From NCBI GenBank assembly GCA_044376115.1, contig JBILLK010000039.1:1-64000 (forward strand): a stretch of 64,000 nucleotides of DNA, written 5' to 3'. Below, piece after piece: positions 46,472-56,132 of this stretch. The DNA comes from Polyangiaceae bacterium. GTDB lineage: Bacteria > Myxococcota_A > Polyangia > Polyangiales > Polyangiaceae. The notes below the pieces were generated by a model. That model did not search any database. It was not told the DNA's origin and saw nothing but the letters and a program-made list of their open reading frames with translations. Position 1 is the first letter of the stretch. Every line of letters begins with the position of its first letter. The translations under genes were made by a program, and so were the position numbers.

Positions 46472-48337
46472 ATGCGCAGCCTGTTGCCCTCCCTGCTCGG
46501 CCTGGCCCTCTTGATCGCATGCGCGCCCGGGCGCCCGACTCCTGAAACCGAGGACGTGGGCGAGCGCGACGACGGCGCGCTGTCGGGTACCACCGATGGG
46601 CTGAAGATCGTCGTCCACGAAGACGCCAAGATCGAGCTGCGCGACGGCGCGCAGGTGCTGGTGGTTACAGGGTCGACCAGCAGGAATCTGGACGCGGTGT
46701 CGAGCGCCCGAGCGTTCGGAGGTGCGTTCGGTCAGGCCAGCAAGGTCGGGCCGAAGTCGTTCGAGATCGTGTTTACGGCGCAGGCCGAGGTCGATGAGGT
46801 CCTGCGCGGGACACCGGTGCAGCTTGCGGTCCGCACCAAGACCGGGGCGGTGCGCGACTTCACCGCTGAGCTCCGCGTCGCGCCGAGTTACGAGAAATTC
46901 ACGGGCGCAACCGGCATCTTCGTTCGAGCGGAGATCGAGCCTGTGTACGCCGGTGGGTTCGCAGACCGGACGCGCTTCCGCAGCACCTTCTCCACCCCAG
47001 CGGGCGCAACCAATGTGTCGGTGTCGAGCCAGTCGAATGGTGTCGTCGTTCCCTTCGCGCAGGCGCCCAATGATTGGACCTTCGACCGCACGACCTCGAG
47101 CCTGCTCGCCGAGCTCGATAAGAAGACCGACCGAACCACGTTCAAAGCCAGCGTGTCGCAGCAACTCTCGACGAAGAAGGCGGCTGCGGTTGCCAAGGTC
47201 GTCGAGCTCGCAGTGACCTCGGATGATCCTGCGGAAGCCTTCCCAGCTCCCGCGTGCGACGCCAACGTCTCCGCGTGCGTCGAGGCCTCGCTCACCTCGG
47301 GCGATGTGTCGGCGTGCGGCGACTACCTCGAGGTAACCACCTGCCTGGCGTCGCCGCGTTCCTGTTTGTTTGGCTGGACGCTGGAGCAGGCGCTGAGCGG
47401 CAGTGGCTTCGGAAACACCGGCTTCGGACTGATCGAAGACGCGGCTGTGCTTTCGCCCGAGCTGTCGGCGAAGGTCATCGCCGCCGCGAAGGAGCGCGAC
47501 GCAACGATCTCCACGCTGGCTGAGGCACTGGCGCTGGGCGCTTTCGAGCACACCGAGTTCCAGCGCGTCGCGACGGGAGAACCGTTCGACGCGTTGACCG
47601 TGACGGTCGGCGGAATGAAGTACGGCGCGATCTTCGAGGCTGATGGCTCAGCACGGGTTGCCTCGGTTCAGAACTCGTTCCTTGGGGCCTGTACACTCGT
47701 CGGGGCAACTGGTGGTGCCCAGGCCGGCGAGGATTGCAATGATGGGTTGGTCTGCGGCGCTGACCTGACTTGCCTGGGGCAGAACCCCGCGGTGGGCTTC
47801 GGCAAGTGCGTTCCGAACGAAGCGCCTGCGGGAACGGGCGAGGCGTGCGGAGTGGTCGGCGGACAACCGACCGACTGCGCGAGCCAAGCGCTGGTTTGCG
47901 GCGGCCTTACCGGCACGATCGAAGAAGGCATCTGCGTGCCCACGTGGCTCCGAGGTCAGTTCGATGATTGGGATGTGACCCCGCTCCCTCCAACTGGCAC
48001 GCTCGAACGCGGCATCGAGGCCTATGGGCTCGCGACCGTCGCGATGGACGCTGGCGTCTATGTCGAGGTGGTCAACATCGTTCCGAGTAAGATCGTCGTC
48101 AAACTCCGCAACCCCGCAGGGACAGAGTCGACGTTGTGGGATGGTCCTGCAATCGGATTGGCAGAGCCGCAGATTGACGGTGACAACTTCATCGAAATCG
48201 CTGCCACAGCCGACTCCTTCCCAGGCGATGAGTCGGCCAATGGGACCTACACGCTCGTGGTCGAGAGCCTTCCTGGCAATGATCCGGGAGGCGAGGTTAG
48301 CGATTGGCACCTTACCGTCACGAGCCGCTTCGATTGA
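46472..48337 (+). CDS. Cys-rich lipoprotein with C-terminal proprotein convertase P-like domain
   Basis: Lipobox LLIAC; Cys-rich repeats; GLATVAMD...VKLRNPAG...FPGDESANGTYTL...TSRFD. Confidence 0.75.
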   Translation: MRSLLPSLLGLALLIACAPGRPTPETEDVGERDDGALSGTTDGLKIVVHEDAKIELRDGAQVLVVTGSTSRNLDAVSSARAFGGAFGQASKVGPKSFEIVFTAQAEVDEVLRGTPVQLAVRTKTGAVRDFTAELRVAPSYEKFTGATGIFVRAEIEPVYAGGFADRTRFRSTFSTPAGATNVSVSSQSNGVVVPFAQAPNDWTFDRTTSSLLAELDKKTDRTTFKASVSQQLSTKKAAAVAKVVELAVTSDDPAEAFPAPACDANVSACVEASLTSGDVSACGDYLEVTTCLASPRSCLFGWTLEQALSGSGFGNTGFGLIEDAAVLSPELSAKVIAAAKERDATISTLAEALALGAFEHTEFQRVATGEPFDALTVTVGGMKYGAIFEADGSARVASVQNSFLGACTLVGATGGAQAGEDCNDGLVCGADLTCLGQNPAVGFGKCVPNEAPAGTGEACGVVGGQPTDCASQALVCGGLTGTIEEGICVPTWLRGQFDDWDVTPLPPTGTLERGIEAYGLATVAMDAGVYVEVVNIVPSKIVVKLRNPAGTESTLWDGPAIGLAEPQIDGDNFIEIAATADSFPGDESANGTYTLVVESLPGNDPGGEVSDWHLTVTSRFD

Positions 48338-48386
48338 CTCAACGGTTCACTCGAAAGCCTCGAGCTCCGCTATCGTCGATCAAACG

Positions 48387-49166
48387 ATGCGCCACCAATG
48401 GTTTACGGTTTTGAGTTCCGGCCTGCTGCTCAGCTGCGCGACCGGCGTGGAGATTGAAGGTTTTGGCGGGAACTCGAGCAGCAGCGATAGCGGCGTTGGC
48501 GCGAGCGCCGGCGTAGCGGGCGGCACGAGCCAGGGGGGCGAGGGTAGCGGTGGAGAGCCGACGGGCGGCGGCAACGTCGGTGGCACAGGCGGCGTTGGTG
48601 GGGCGGCTACCACGTGCGGTAACGGTCAACTCGATCCGGGAGAGACTTGTGATCCGCCGTCGAGCTGCCTCACGACGTGTGACGACGCAGACGCTTGTAC
48701 GACCGATGTGCTGACGGGCAGCAGCGGGCAATGCAACGTCGCCTGCAGCCACACTGCGGTAACTGCCTGCGTCGCCGATGGCTGTTGCCCAGCCGGCTGT
48801 TCGTCGCTGAACGATAGCGATTGTGGCTCCACCTACGGGCCAGTCCATACCTTTGCCGGATACTCGAGCTCGTTCCTGATCACGCAGTTTTCTTGCTCCA
48901 ACGCAGCGGGAGATCCGGTAGGTGACGCGATCTGGTTCTGTGAGCATTTCTACGGCCCAACGTGCACCGCGATGCCGGGCGTCCAGACCCTGACGACCTC
49001 AGCTGACGCGATGATGCATTCAGGGACCAACTGCTACAGCCCGGAGCCCGTTGGTGTGGACGTGCCCGGCACGCAATGCATCGGCGGACCGTGCAAGATC
49101 GGGAACTTCGGCGCGACCTATGGAGCCATGGGTGGCATCACCAACATCGTCTGCGAATGCCCGTGA
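48387..49166 (+). CDS. Myxococcal Cys-rich repeat lipoprotein
   Basis: Lipobox LLLSC; Gly linker; CGNGQLDPGETCD; CDDADACTTD. Confidence 0.8.
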   Translation: MRHQWFTVLSSGLLLSCATGVEIEGFGGNSSSSDSGVGASAGVAGGTSQGGEGSGGEPTGGGNVGGTGGVGGAATTCGNGQLDPGETCDPPSSCLTTCDDADACTTDVLTGSSGQCNVACSHTAVTACVADGCCPAGCSSLNDSDCGSTYGPVHTFAGYSSSFLITQFSCSNAAGDPVGDAIWFCEHFYGPTCTAMPGVQTLTTSADAMMHSGTNCYSPEPVGVDVPGTQCIGGPCKIGNFGATYGAMGGITNIVCECP

Positions 49167-49525
49167 CGCGAGCGCAGTTACGAACGTTCGTCCTTGCGCT
49201 CGACGGGGTGGAAGAACGCCCTCACATGGAGCGAATGGCCTTTCGCACCAAGCGCAAGACCTTCCTTACGATCGGCGCCGATGCACGCGTCAACCTGTTG
49301 GTTCAGCCGGAAGATAAGCGTGATTCGCTGCTCGAATCTTTTCCCGACGCCATCTTCTCACTCGGCGGCTGGACCCGGCTCGGGTTCGTCGCTGTCGATC
49401 TCGATACTGTCGATGAAGCGCTGCTCCGTGAGCTCGTGACCGACGCGTGGCGTGACGCGCTTCCCGTCACGAAGACCAAAGCCAAGGGTTCCGCGAAGCC
49501 CAAAGTAGTCCGCCGGTCGACCTGA
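49157..49525 (+). CDS. MmcQ/YjbR family DNA-binding protein
   Basis: LALDGVEERPHM...FRTKRKTF...GGWTRLGFVAVDL...ELVTDAW. Confidence 0.8.
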   Translation: MPVTRAQLRTFVLALDGVEERPHMERMAFRTKRKTFLTIGADARVNLLVQPEDKRDSLLESFPDAIFSLGGWTRLGFVAVDLDTVDEALLRELVTDAWRDALPVTKTKAKGSAKPKVVRRST

Positions 49526-49584
49526 ACCAGGCCCGGACTCGCGCGCCGTAGCCCAGCTCTCGAAGACGACCGTCAAGCCACCGA

Positions 49585-50769
49585 TCAGTCGAAGCGCGTC
49601 GTCAGCTCGAGCGAGAAGAGCGAGAAGGTGCCTTGCTCGCCTTCCACCGTGTCCAAGATATTCAACGTCCACAGCCCGTTCGCGACCTCGTCCCCCGGAA
49701 CGGACACGACGATCCCCTCGGGTGCCGTCGGAAGAGGGCCCGAGCCGCGTGGCCACACCATCACGGTCGTTCCGGCTTCGGATGGGTTGGTCAGCGTTAG
49801 CTCCAAATCATCCGGGCGCGGATGGTCGATTACGACCCGCACGATGGCGTCGGTCGGCACGGTGGCCAGACCGGTGACTTGCACGCTCACTCCGGTGCTG
49901 GAATCCGGAACATCGACCAGCGTTCCGGAACTCTCCTCAATGAACTCATCGCGCATCCACCGCGGACTGCAGATGCCTTCGAAGTCGCTGCTACGGCCCG
50001 CGCAGATCAGGCCTGCCCCGCAGAAACCCTCGGCCGAACAGGAATCGCCGGCGCCTGCGATCTCGACGTTGTCCACGCAACGGCCCGCGCTCGACTCGGT
50101 GGCACCGAGGCACATCACGCCGGACTCGCACGGGGTCTCGGCATCGCAGCTGGGCGCGCTGAGATCGCGGTCTGCGCGCTCCCGCAACAATCGGAACGCC
50201 GTCTCCTTCACGCGCGAGATCGAGCCGAGGTGCGCCATCGAAAGGATGGGACGAGCGGCGGCGATATTCTTGAGCGCGCGCGAATCGATCGAGGTCTCCG
50301 CATCGAGCGTCGCGATGCTCGCGTTGTTCACGAGCTCGAGCGTGCGATCGGCTTGGTTCTCGGTGAAGTAGACATCGTAGTAGAACCCTCGCTCGATCCC
50401 GTAGCCGCGAGCCAAGGCGGAGGTCGCGAGCTGCTTGAGCGTGGCCGGGCCAATGCCTTTGACCGCATCGAGTACGCCGAGGGAGCGAAACGGCACGTCA
50501 TCCGCGGTGCCCGCTACGCCGTCGGCGCCGTTGCGCTTGGCCAGGACCGCCGCCACCGTCGACTTCGACGTGATGCCCGCGGCCTTCAGCGCCGCAGCGT
50601 CGGTGGCCGGGTCGTCGACGAACGCGACGATTGCACGCGCCTCTTTGGTGCCCTCTGCAAAGGTGACCGCGGTGGCGAAGGATTCGTCGCCCGTCTGTTC
50701 GTTCTCGCCCTCACAGGCGCTGAGCGAGGTAACGAGGGTGAAAGCAAGGAGGCTGCGTGCGTTGATCAT
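49585..50769 (-). CDS. Lipoprotein with helix-hairpin-helix (ComEA-like) repeats and C-terminal P-like domain
   Basis: Lipobox LSAC; FRSLGVLDAVKGIGPATL; second degenerate HhH (NIAAARPILSMAHLGSISRV); IDHPRPDDLELTLTNP...PGDEVANGLWTL. Confidence 0.75.
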   Translation of the reverse strand: MINARSLLAFTLVTSLSACEGENEQTGDESFATAVTFAEGTKEARAIVAFVDDPATDAAALKAAGITSKSTVAAVLAKRNGADGVAGTADDVPFRSLGVLDAVKGIGPATLKQLATSALARGYGIERGFYYDVYFTENQADRTLELVNNASIATLDAETSIDSRALKNIAAARPILSMAHLGSISRVKETAFRLLRERADRDLSAPSCDAETPCESGVMCLGATESSAGRCVDNVEIAGAGDSCSAEGFCGAGLICAGRSSDFEGICSPRWMRDEFIEESSGTLVDVPDSSTGVSVQVTGLATVPTDAIVRVVIDHPRPDDLELTLTNPSEAGTTVMVWPRGSGPLPTAPEGIVVSVPGDEVANGLWTLNILDTVEGEQGTFSLFSLELTTRFD

Positions 50770-50801
50770 GGTGGTGCCTTCGGAGTTGGAGGGGGGCGGG
50801 T

Positions 50802-52025
50802 TCAGGTCCAGATGGCGATGGTCCACACGCCGACCATGTTGCCCTCGGGGGAGCGGCCGACGATGAAGACCGAGACCGCGGTGCCGTCGATGTGACCGGG
50901 CTCACCGTTCGCGCCGAAGTAGAAGACCTGCAGGTCGCTGAGGTTCGCCTCGAGCACGGCCTCGAAGTTGCGCATCTTGGTGCAGATCACCATCGACTCG
51001 GGATCACCCTTGTCTTGGCAGCTGTGTTCGGCCTTCTTCCAGTCGTCCCAGGTCTCGGTCATGGCGGCGAGATCGGCGAGCGGCTTGTCCGCGTCAGCGT
51101 CGTTGTCGACCAGGTCCGCGAAGGCTGCGCGCACGGCTTCTTCGGAGATGTCGCCGCTCAGCGGAGCCGACACGAAGGTGAACGGGAAGTCCGACTCGCT
51201 GATGTAGGTGAGGCCGTCGGCGGCCTTCTCGATCTGCGTCTTGATCTCCGCGTCGGTCGTTTCGCCTGCGGAGGTGAGCTCGCGCACGATGCGGTGAACG
51301 GTGCTGGCGCCGGTGAAGGCACCCGACTTCGACGCATACATCTCGCCGCGCCCGATGACCTCGCCGTTGGAGGCGACGAGGCGGAAGGTGTGCTGACCGC
51401 TGGCGCCTTCGACCACCTGGAAGTTGGTCGAGTCGACGGCGTTGGCCTTGACCGCTTTCACTCCGCTCTCGGCCTTGCTCTTCGAGCTGTAGCCCTGCGA
51501 CTGCAGCACGATCTGCCCGTTGCCGGCGCGGAGGCGGAAGTAGGTCTTGCCGTCCTTGCCTTTGAAGGTCTCGAAGCGCGGGCCGCCTGCTTCAGCCGGT
51601 GCGCTCGTCGGGCTCTGCAGCGCGGCGATCACGGCGTCGACGGCCTTCTTGGCGCTCGACTCGGTGGTGTAGAGCTCGCTCGTGCCGATGATCTCGCCGT
51701 TCGTCGCAACCAGGTTGAAGTAGAACTCGCCGTTGTCGGCGCCGAGTACCTTGAAGTTCGCTAGCACCTTGCCGTTCTTCTTGACCGACGTGATGCCCTT
51801 CTTGGCGCTCGAGAGCGAGGTGTAGCCCTCGGAGCGAAGGATGCGCTCGCCGTTCTTGGCGAGCAGCTGGAAGTAGGTCTGACCGTCTTCGCCGGTGAAG
51901 GTCTCGAAGCTGCCGGTGCTGGCCGTGACGTTCTGTTCATCCCCCGTCTCCACCGAGTCATCACAAGCCGGAACACACAGGGCGAGGACCAAGGTTGCTG
52001 CAATGGATCGGAGGAGGTTCTTCAT
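50802..52025 (-). CDS. Lipoprotein with four YegP/DUF1508 repeats and a C-terminal NuiA (nuclease A inhibitor)-like domain
   Basis: Lipobox VPAC; four F-x-L-x-A-x-NG-x-I-x-x-S-E-x-Y repeats; AADGLTYISESDFPF...LEANLSDLQVFYFG...VFIVGRSPEGNMVGV. Confidence 0.82.
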   Translation of the reverse strand: MKNLLRSIAATLVLALCVPACDDSVETGDEQNVTASTGSFETFTGEDGQTYFQLLAKNGERILRSEGYTSLSSAKKGITSVKKNGKVLANFKVLGADNGEFYFNLVATNGEIIGTSELYTTESSAKKAVDAVIAALQSPTSAPAEAGGPRFETFKGKDGKTYFRLRAGNGQIVLQSQGYSSKSKAESGVKAVKANAVDSTNFQVVEGASGQHTFRLVASNGEVIGRGEMYASKSGAFTGASTVHRIVRELTSAGETTDAEIKTQIEKAADGLTYISESDFPFTFVSAPLSGDISEEAVRAAFADLVDNDADADKPLADLAAMTETWDDWKKAEHSCQDKGDPESMVICTKMRNFEAVLEANLSDLQVFYFGANGEPGHIDGTAVSVFIVGRSPEGNMVGVWTIAIWT

Positions 52026-52301
52026 GATGGCCGGCCTTAAGCAGGTTGTGGGCCAACTTCAGAGCCCAACACTCCCCTCGATTGGGCCGGAATTTGTGGC
52101 GCCAACCTCACGAGTCGCACATCAGTCACCATGTCGTCATGAGAAGGAGATCCAAGTGGGCAAACAATGATCCATTCACCCGACCCGCTGGTGGTCCGCG
52201 CTCCCAACGCGAAGCTGGGTTGGGCCGATCTCCCGGACGTCTCTTGGTCCGGACGCTCCCGCGGTCTTTTCGGGTTTGCGCGGCTGGGGCTAGATCCTGG
52301 G

Positions 52302-52994
52302 ATGGTTACGACGGGCTTTGGCGCACACGCGCGGGTCGCGCTGCTGTGGGTTTCGATCGTGGGCTGCGGGGTTGACGTGAGGGTCGCGGACGATGACGGC
52401 GCAGGGGCTTCTTCGGAGGGCGCAGGCTGGGCCGTGGGCGGAGCCGGCGGCGGAAGCGGTGAGGGCGGCCAGACCGCCTACGACCTGCAGGCTGGGTGCT
52501 CCGCGATGTGTGACCAGCCGTGTGTGGGCTCCAAGACGCTTTGCACCGAAGACTGCGTCGAGGCTGCAGGGTGGGCTCTGGGCTGCGAGCGCGATGCGGT
52601 CGAGTGGTACGGCTGCACCATGGACTACTGCGTCGGAGCACAAGACTGCACGGAGCTCGAGTCAAACATCGTTGGGTGCCTGAATCGAGGTGGCTGCGAA
52701 GACCCGGTGGACGGTAGCTTCCAGCTGCTATGCGAGGCACCATCCAGCTACGCTTGTGACGATAATGGATGCGAAGAGTTGAACAGCTGCGGCTGCTCCG
52801 CTCCTTGCTACGACGGCCACTCGGCGAGCGTCAGCTGTGACATCGACTGGGAGGACTTTTCCGAAACGTCCACACCACGCCATGATTGCCGCTGCTTCTT
52901 CGACGGTGAATTCGTCGGAGAGTGCTCCACCTACAGCATAAACGCGTGCCTCGTCGAGTACTCCTGCTGTTCGGGTTGGTTCGCCGCAGACTGA
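52302..52994 (+). CDS. Cys-rich lipoprotein (paralog A)
   Basis: Lipobox IVGC; about 20 Cys; DGHSASVSCD, DCRCFFDGEFVGEC. Confidence 0.75.
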   Translation: MVTTGFGAHARVALLWVSIVGCGVDVRVADDDGAGASSEGAGWAVGGAGGGSGEGGQTAYDLQAGCSAMCDQPCVGSKTLCTEDCVEAAGWALGCERDAVEWYGCTMDYCVGAQDCTELESNIVGCLNRGGCEDPVDGSFQLLCEAPSSYACDDNGCEELNSCGCSAPCYDGHSASVSCDIDWEDFSETSTPRHDCRCFFDGEFVGECSTYSINACLVEYSCCSGWFAAD

Positions 52995-53226
52995 GCGTGC
53001 TCATCCCGCCGTCGAGGGAGCGACGCGCGTCTTCACCTGCGAGCGACGGCTTCGAGCCAGCGGCCTTCTGGTGCATGCACACGGTCGCGTTGTTGGCGTC
53101 GACGACGGCCAGGGTCGCAAACGGCAATTCGATGCGACGGTAGGCGGCCCTGCGCGTCCTTGGTTACTGGCCCAAGCCTCACCTTCAATGGCTACCGTGT
53201 CAGCTTCCTTGGGAGATCAATCGATC

Positions 53227-53871
53227 GTGTACAAAGCTCGTAGTTTCGCGTGGTTGAACTTGGCCGTGCTCGTTGCGGCAGCGGGTTGCGGTGCCGATCT
53301 GAAGGTCTCGGAGGACGGTGGCGCGGGCTCGGCCGGAGCAGGCTCCGGGGGTAACGCGGCCTACGACGTGCAAGGCGAGTGCGCTGTGATCTGCGAGCAG
53401 CCGTGTATCGGCTCGTCGGCGAGCTGCAATGAGGACTGCGTAGCGGCTGGAGCTTTCTTTCTCGGCTGTGAGCAGTCAGCGCTGGAATCGTACGCCTGCA
53501 TTGTGGATTCTTGCGGGGCCCAAGGTTGCGATGATCTGGAGGCTGATATCTTCAGCTGCCTGGAGCGAGGGGGGTGCGAAGACCCTGAGGACGAGTCGCT
53601 CCAGCCGTTGTGTGAGAACTCGTCCGGCTCGGTTTGTGGAGAGGATGGATGCGACGAGGTCGACTTCTGCGGCTGCACCGCTGGTTGCTCCGACGGCCAC
53701 AGCGCCAGCGTCACCTGTGACATCGACCGTGAGAAGTCCGACATAAGCGGCCCCCTCTTCGACTGCCGTTGCTTCTTCGATGGTCAACTCGTCGGAGAGT
53801 GCAGCATCCATGGTCAGAGCGCCTGCCTCGTCGAAGAATCCTGCTGCCGGGGCCTTTTCGCCGTGGACTGA
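53227..53871 (+). CDS. Cys-rich lipoprotein (paralog B)
   Basis: GTG 53227 after GGGAG; lipobox AAGC; DGHSASVTCD, DCRCFFDGQLVGEC. Confidence 0.75.
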   Translation: MYKARSFAWLNLAVLVAAAGCGADLKVSEDGGAGSAGAGSGGNAAYDVQGECAVICEQPCIGSSASCNEDCVAAGAFFLGCEQSALESYACIVDSCGAQGCDDLEADIFSCLERGGCEDPEDESLQPLCENSSGSVCGEDGCDEVDFCGCTAGCSDGHSASVTCDIDREKSDISGPLFDCRCFFDGQLVGECSIHGQSACLVEESCCRGLFAVD

Positions 53872-53893
53872 GACTGCACCGTGTAGGAGCAGG

Positions 53894-54799
53894 TCAGCGC
53901 GCTCGACTCCATCGGCTTCCTTGCTCACCGCGTAAGGATAGCTCTACCGAATCGACCACCAGCACCATCGTCATCGCGCTGTTGAGCGCGTCGCGCATCG
54001 CCATCGTGCGCGGGGTCATTCGACGTTCCCACCACGCCGACCACGCCGCGCTGGCCTCGGTCCCGCCCAGCTCCGAATCCTCGAACACCACGTGGGTCCG
54101 CGCTGCAGCGTGTTCGACTCGGCACCGTAGCCGCCCTTCGAGGGTCAACGTTTCGGGCTCTTCGCGAGGAATCGTCACCTGCGCTTGGACGCGCAGGCTC
54201 GCCGCACAAGGTTTGGAGCGATCGCCAAGATCCGCGTCGAAGATGAGCTCGGTGCGCACGCCGCGCGTTGGGTACTCGGCGCCATACGATGCAAACGATT
54301 CGTGCCGGTAGCGCTGCGGTGATTCGGCGCTCGCGCGAAAGCCGAGCGCTGCCCAGCCCTGTTCGTCGGCGACGAACGTCGCTCGGGTCGCGACTTGGCC
54401 TGCTTCTTCGATCGCCACCACGCCCGAAGCGCTGATCGAGTACCTGCGCTGAACGATCTCAGACCACATGACCTCGCTGCCACCGGGATAGCTGTGACCG
54501 GAGCGCTCCTCCAGCTTTCCCGCCGACGCAAACCGTAGCTCCGTAAGGTTGCACGCATCGCCGCAGTTTTGCGTGGTCCAAACTCCGCGGGTGAGCTGTT
54601 CCTGGATCGAAGCCAGCTGCGTTGAATTGAGGGTGGGCGCGATCTCTGGCGCAGCTCGTTCGGACTCGGCGGCCGCCGTCAGCCGTGCGGCTTTCGTCTC
54701 TTCGAGCGGTCCGCTACAGCCTGAGGTGGCGAAGCTCAGCTGAGCGAGCAGTGGCGCGAGTGCGAAGGCGGTTGTGCTGAATAGAGCGTTGCGCTGCAT
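53894..54799 (-). CDS. Hypothetical secreted protein/lipoprotein downstream of ECF sigma factor
   Basis: Signal-like N-terminus ending TSGC; immediately follows the sigma gene. Confidence 0.6.
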   Translation of the reverse strand: MQRNALFSTTAFALAPLLAQLSFATSGCSGPLEETKAARLTAAAESERAAPEIAPTLNSTQLASIQEQLTRGVWTTQNCGDACNLTELRFASAGKLEERSGHSYPGGSEVMWSEIVQRRYSISASGVVAIEEAGQVATRATFVADEQGWAALGFRASAESPQRYRHESFASYGAEYPTRGVRTELIFDADLGDRSKPCAASLRVQAQVTIPREEPETLTLEGRLRCRVEHAAARTHVVFEDSELGGTEASAAWSAWWERRMTPRTMAMRDALNSAMTMVLVVDSVELSLRGEQGSRWSRAR

Positions 54800-54811
54800 G
54801 GCTGGCCGCAC

Positions 54812-55450
54812 TCAACCAAACTGACGTCGCAACACCGCGACCGCTGCGCGCACCAAGCGCTTGGCGTCCTCCGGGCCGGGGAGGGCGCTGGTCTCGGCGA
54901 TCATCTCGAAACTCGCGCCTTGCAACCATTCGAGCAAGGCCGTGCGCTGATCTGGCGGTAACTCGCGCTGGGCGAACTCGAGCAGCTGACGTGCGGTTTG
55001 TGCGTCGGTGACCGGGGGGCGCACGCCGACGTCGTCGAGCGGGAGCTGTTTGGCCAGCTCGTTGAGCAGGCGCTTGGCCGAGGGCTCGCCGGGCACCGCG
55101 CGCGCCTCACCACCGCGCAGCTCCCGGCCGTAGTCACGGGCGGCGTTGCTGAGGGCGATCTTCAGCCAATCGGCGAAGCTCTTCTCCGGGTGGCGAGTGG
55201 CCCAATCCAGATACAGCTGCAGCGCGCGATGCTCCTCTTGTTCGAGCTTGGCGATGAAGCGCGTGACCACCTCACGCACGTCGTCTTCGCTGGCGCCGCG
55301 TAGCGCGCTTTGCCCCCGTGCGAAGCGCAAGCAAGGCTCCCACAGCGCCTCGAACAAAGCGCGAAAGGCCGCTGCGTCTCCAGCCGCGACCCGCCTCGCC
55401 AAGGGTTCCGCCGCTAACAGCGGTGCATCGAGGTCGGACGAGGGGCGCAC
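54812..55450 (-). CDS. ECF-type RNA polymerase sigma factor
   Basis: RVAAGDAAAFRALF, DDVREV, FADWLKIALSNAARDY, LPPDQRTAL...GASFEMIAE. Confidence 0.8.
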   Translation of the reverse strand: MRPSSDLDAPLLAAEPLARRVAAGDAAAFRALFEALWEPCLRFARGQSALRGASEDDVREVVTRFIAKLEQEEHRALQLYLDWATRHPEKSFADWLKIALSNAARDYGRELRGGEARAVPGEPSAKRLLNELAKQLPLDDVGVRPPVTDAQTARQLLEFAQRELPPDQRTALLEWLQGASFEMIAETSALPGPEDAKRLVRAAVAVLRRQFG

Positions 55451-55506
55451 GCCGAGGACTATACTGCAGGCCGCTGCAGCTTGCGGCCGAAGTCAGCGCC
55501 CAGCGT

Positions 55507-56061
55507 TCAGCTGGTGGGTTCGCACGCGCTCGGGGTTCCGCCGCCGCAAACGCAAAGGCAAGGCGGCGCCTCGGCACCGTCGTTGACCGCCGTAGCGCCG
55601 TAGCCGTTGCAGGCGCAGTAGCATTCGGCCCGCTTGAACGAACAGCCGGGTCGATCGCTGCACAGCTGCTTCGAGTGCTCCGCCTCTGCCGGCGTAGAAC
55701 CGCGCGTGAGCTCCGCTTGGCTCAAGTTCTGCTCACAGCTCCCCAGCGCTGGTCTGCACAAATACTTCCCACTGCGCGGCTTTTCTGCGTTGGGATCGAG
55801 GACGAGCGTGCACTCCTTGGAGTCCATGCAGGCGGTGCGGGTCAGCTTGGAGCAATCACCGCTGAGGAGCGCAGCGGGCTCGTTTGACGGAGATTCCGCA
55901 TCGGCAACGGCTGACTCAGCGTCGGTTGGGAGCTGGACCGTCGCTGGATCGGCCGGCGAGTTGGCGTCGGCTGCGGAGCAGCCGAGCGCGAAGAGTGAGG
56001 CCAAGCCCAACGTGATGGCGACGATCGGGCGAGCCGAGGAGTGAACCTGCGTGAGATACAT
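55507..56061 (-). CDS. Cys-rich lipoprotein
   Basis: Lipobox ALGC; C-terminal CYCAC...CLCVCGGG. Confidence 0.7.
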   Translation of the reverse strand: MYLTQVHSSARPIVAITLGLASLFALGCSAADANSPADPATVQLPTDAESAVADAESPSNEPAALLSGDCSKLTRTACMDSKECTLVLDPNAEKPRSGKYLCRPALGSCEQNLSQAELTRGSTPAEAEHSKQLCSDRPGCSFKRAECYCACNGYGATAVNDGAEAPPCLCVCGGGTPSACEPTS

Positions 56062-56132
56062 GCGCCCTTGGACGCAGCCTGTGACCAAAGGATCTTGATA
56101 TTCGCGGGCGGACGCTAAAGGCTCATCGTCCG

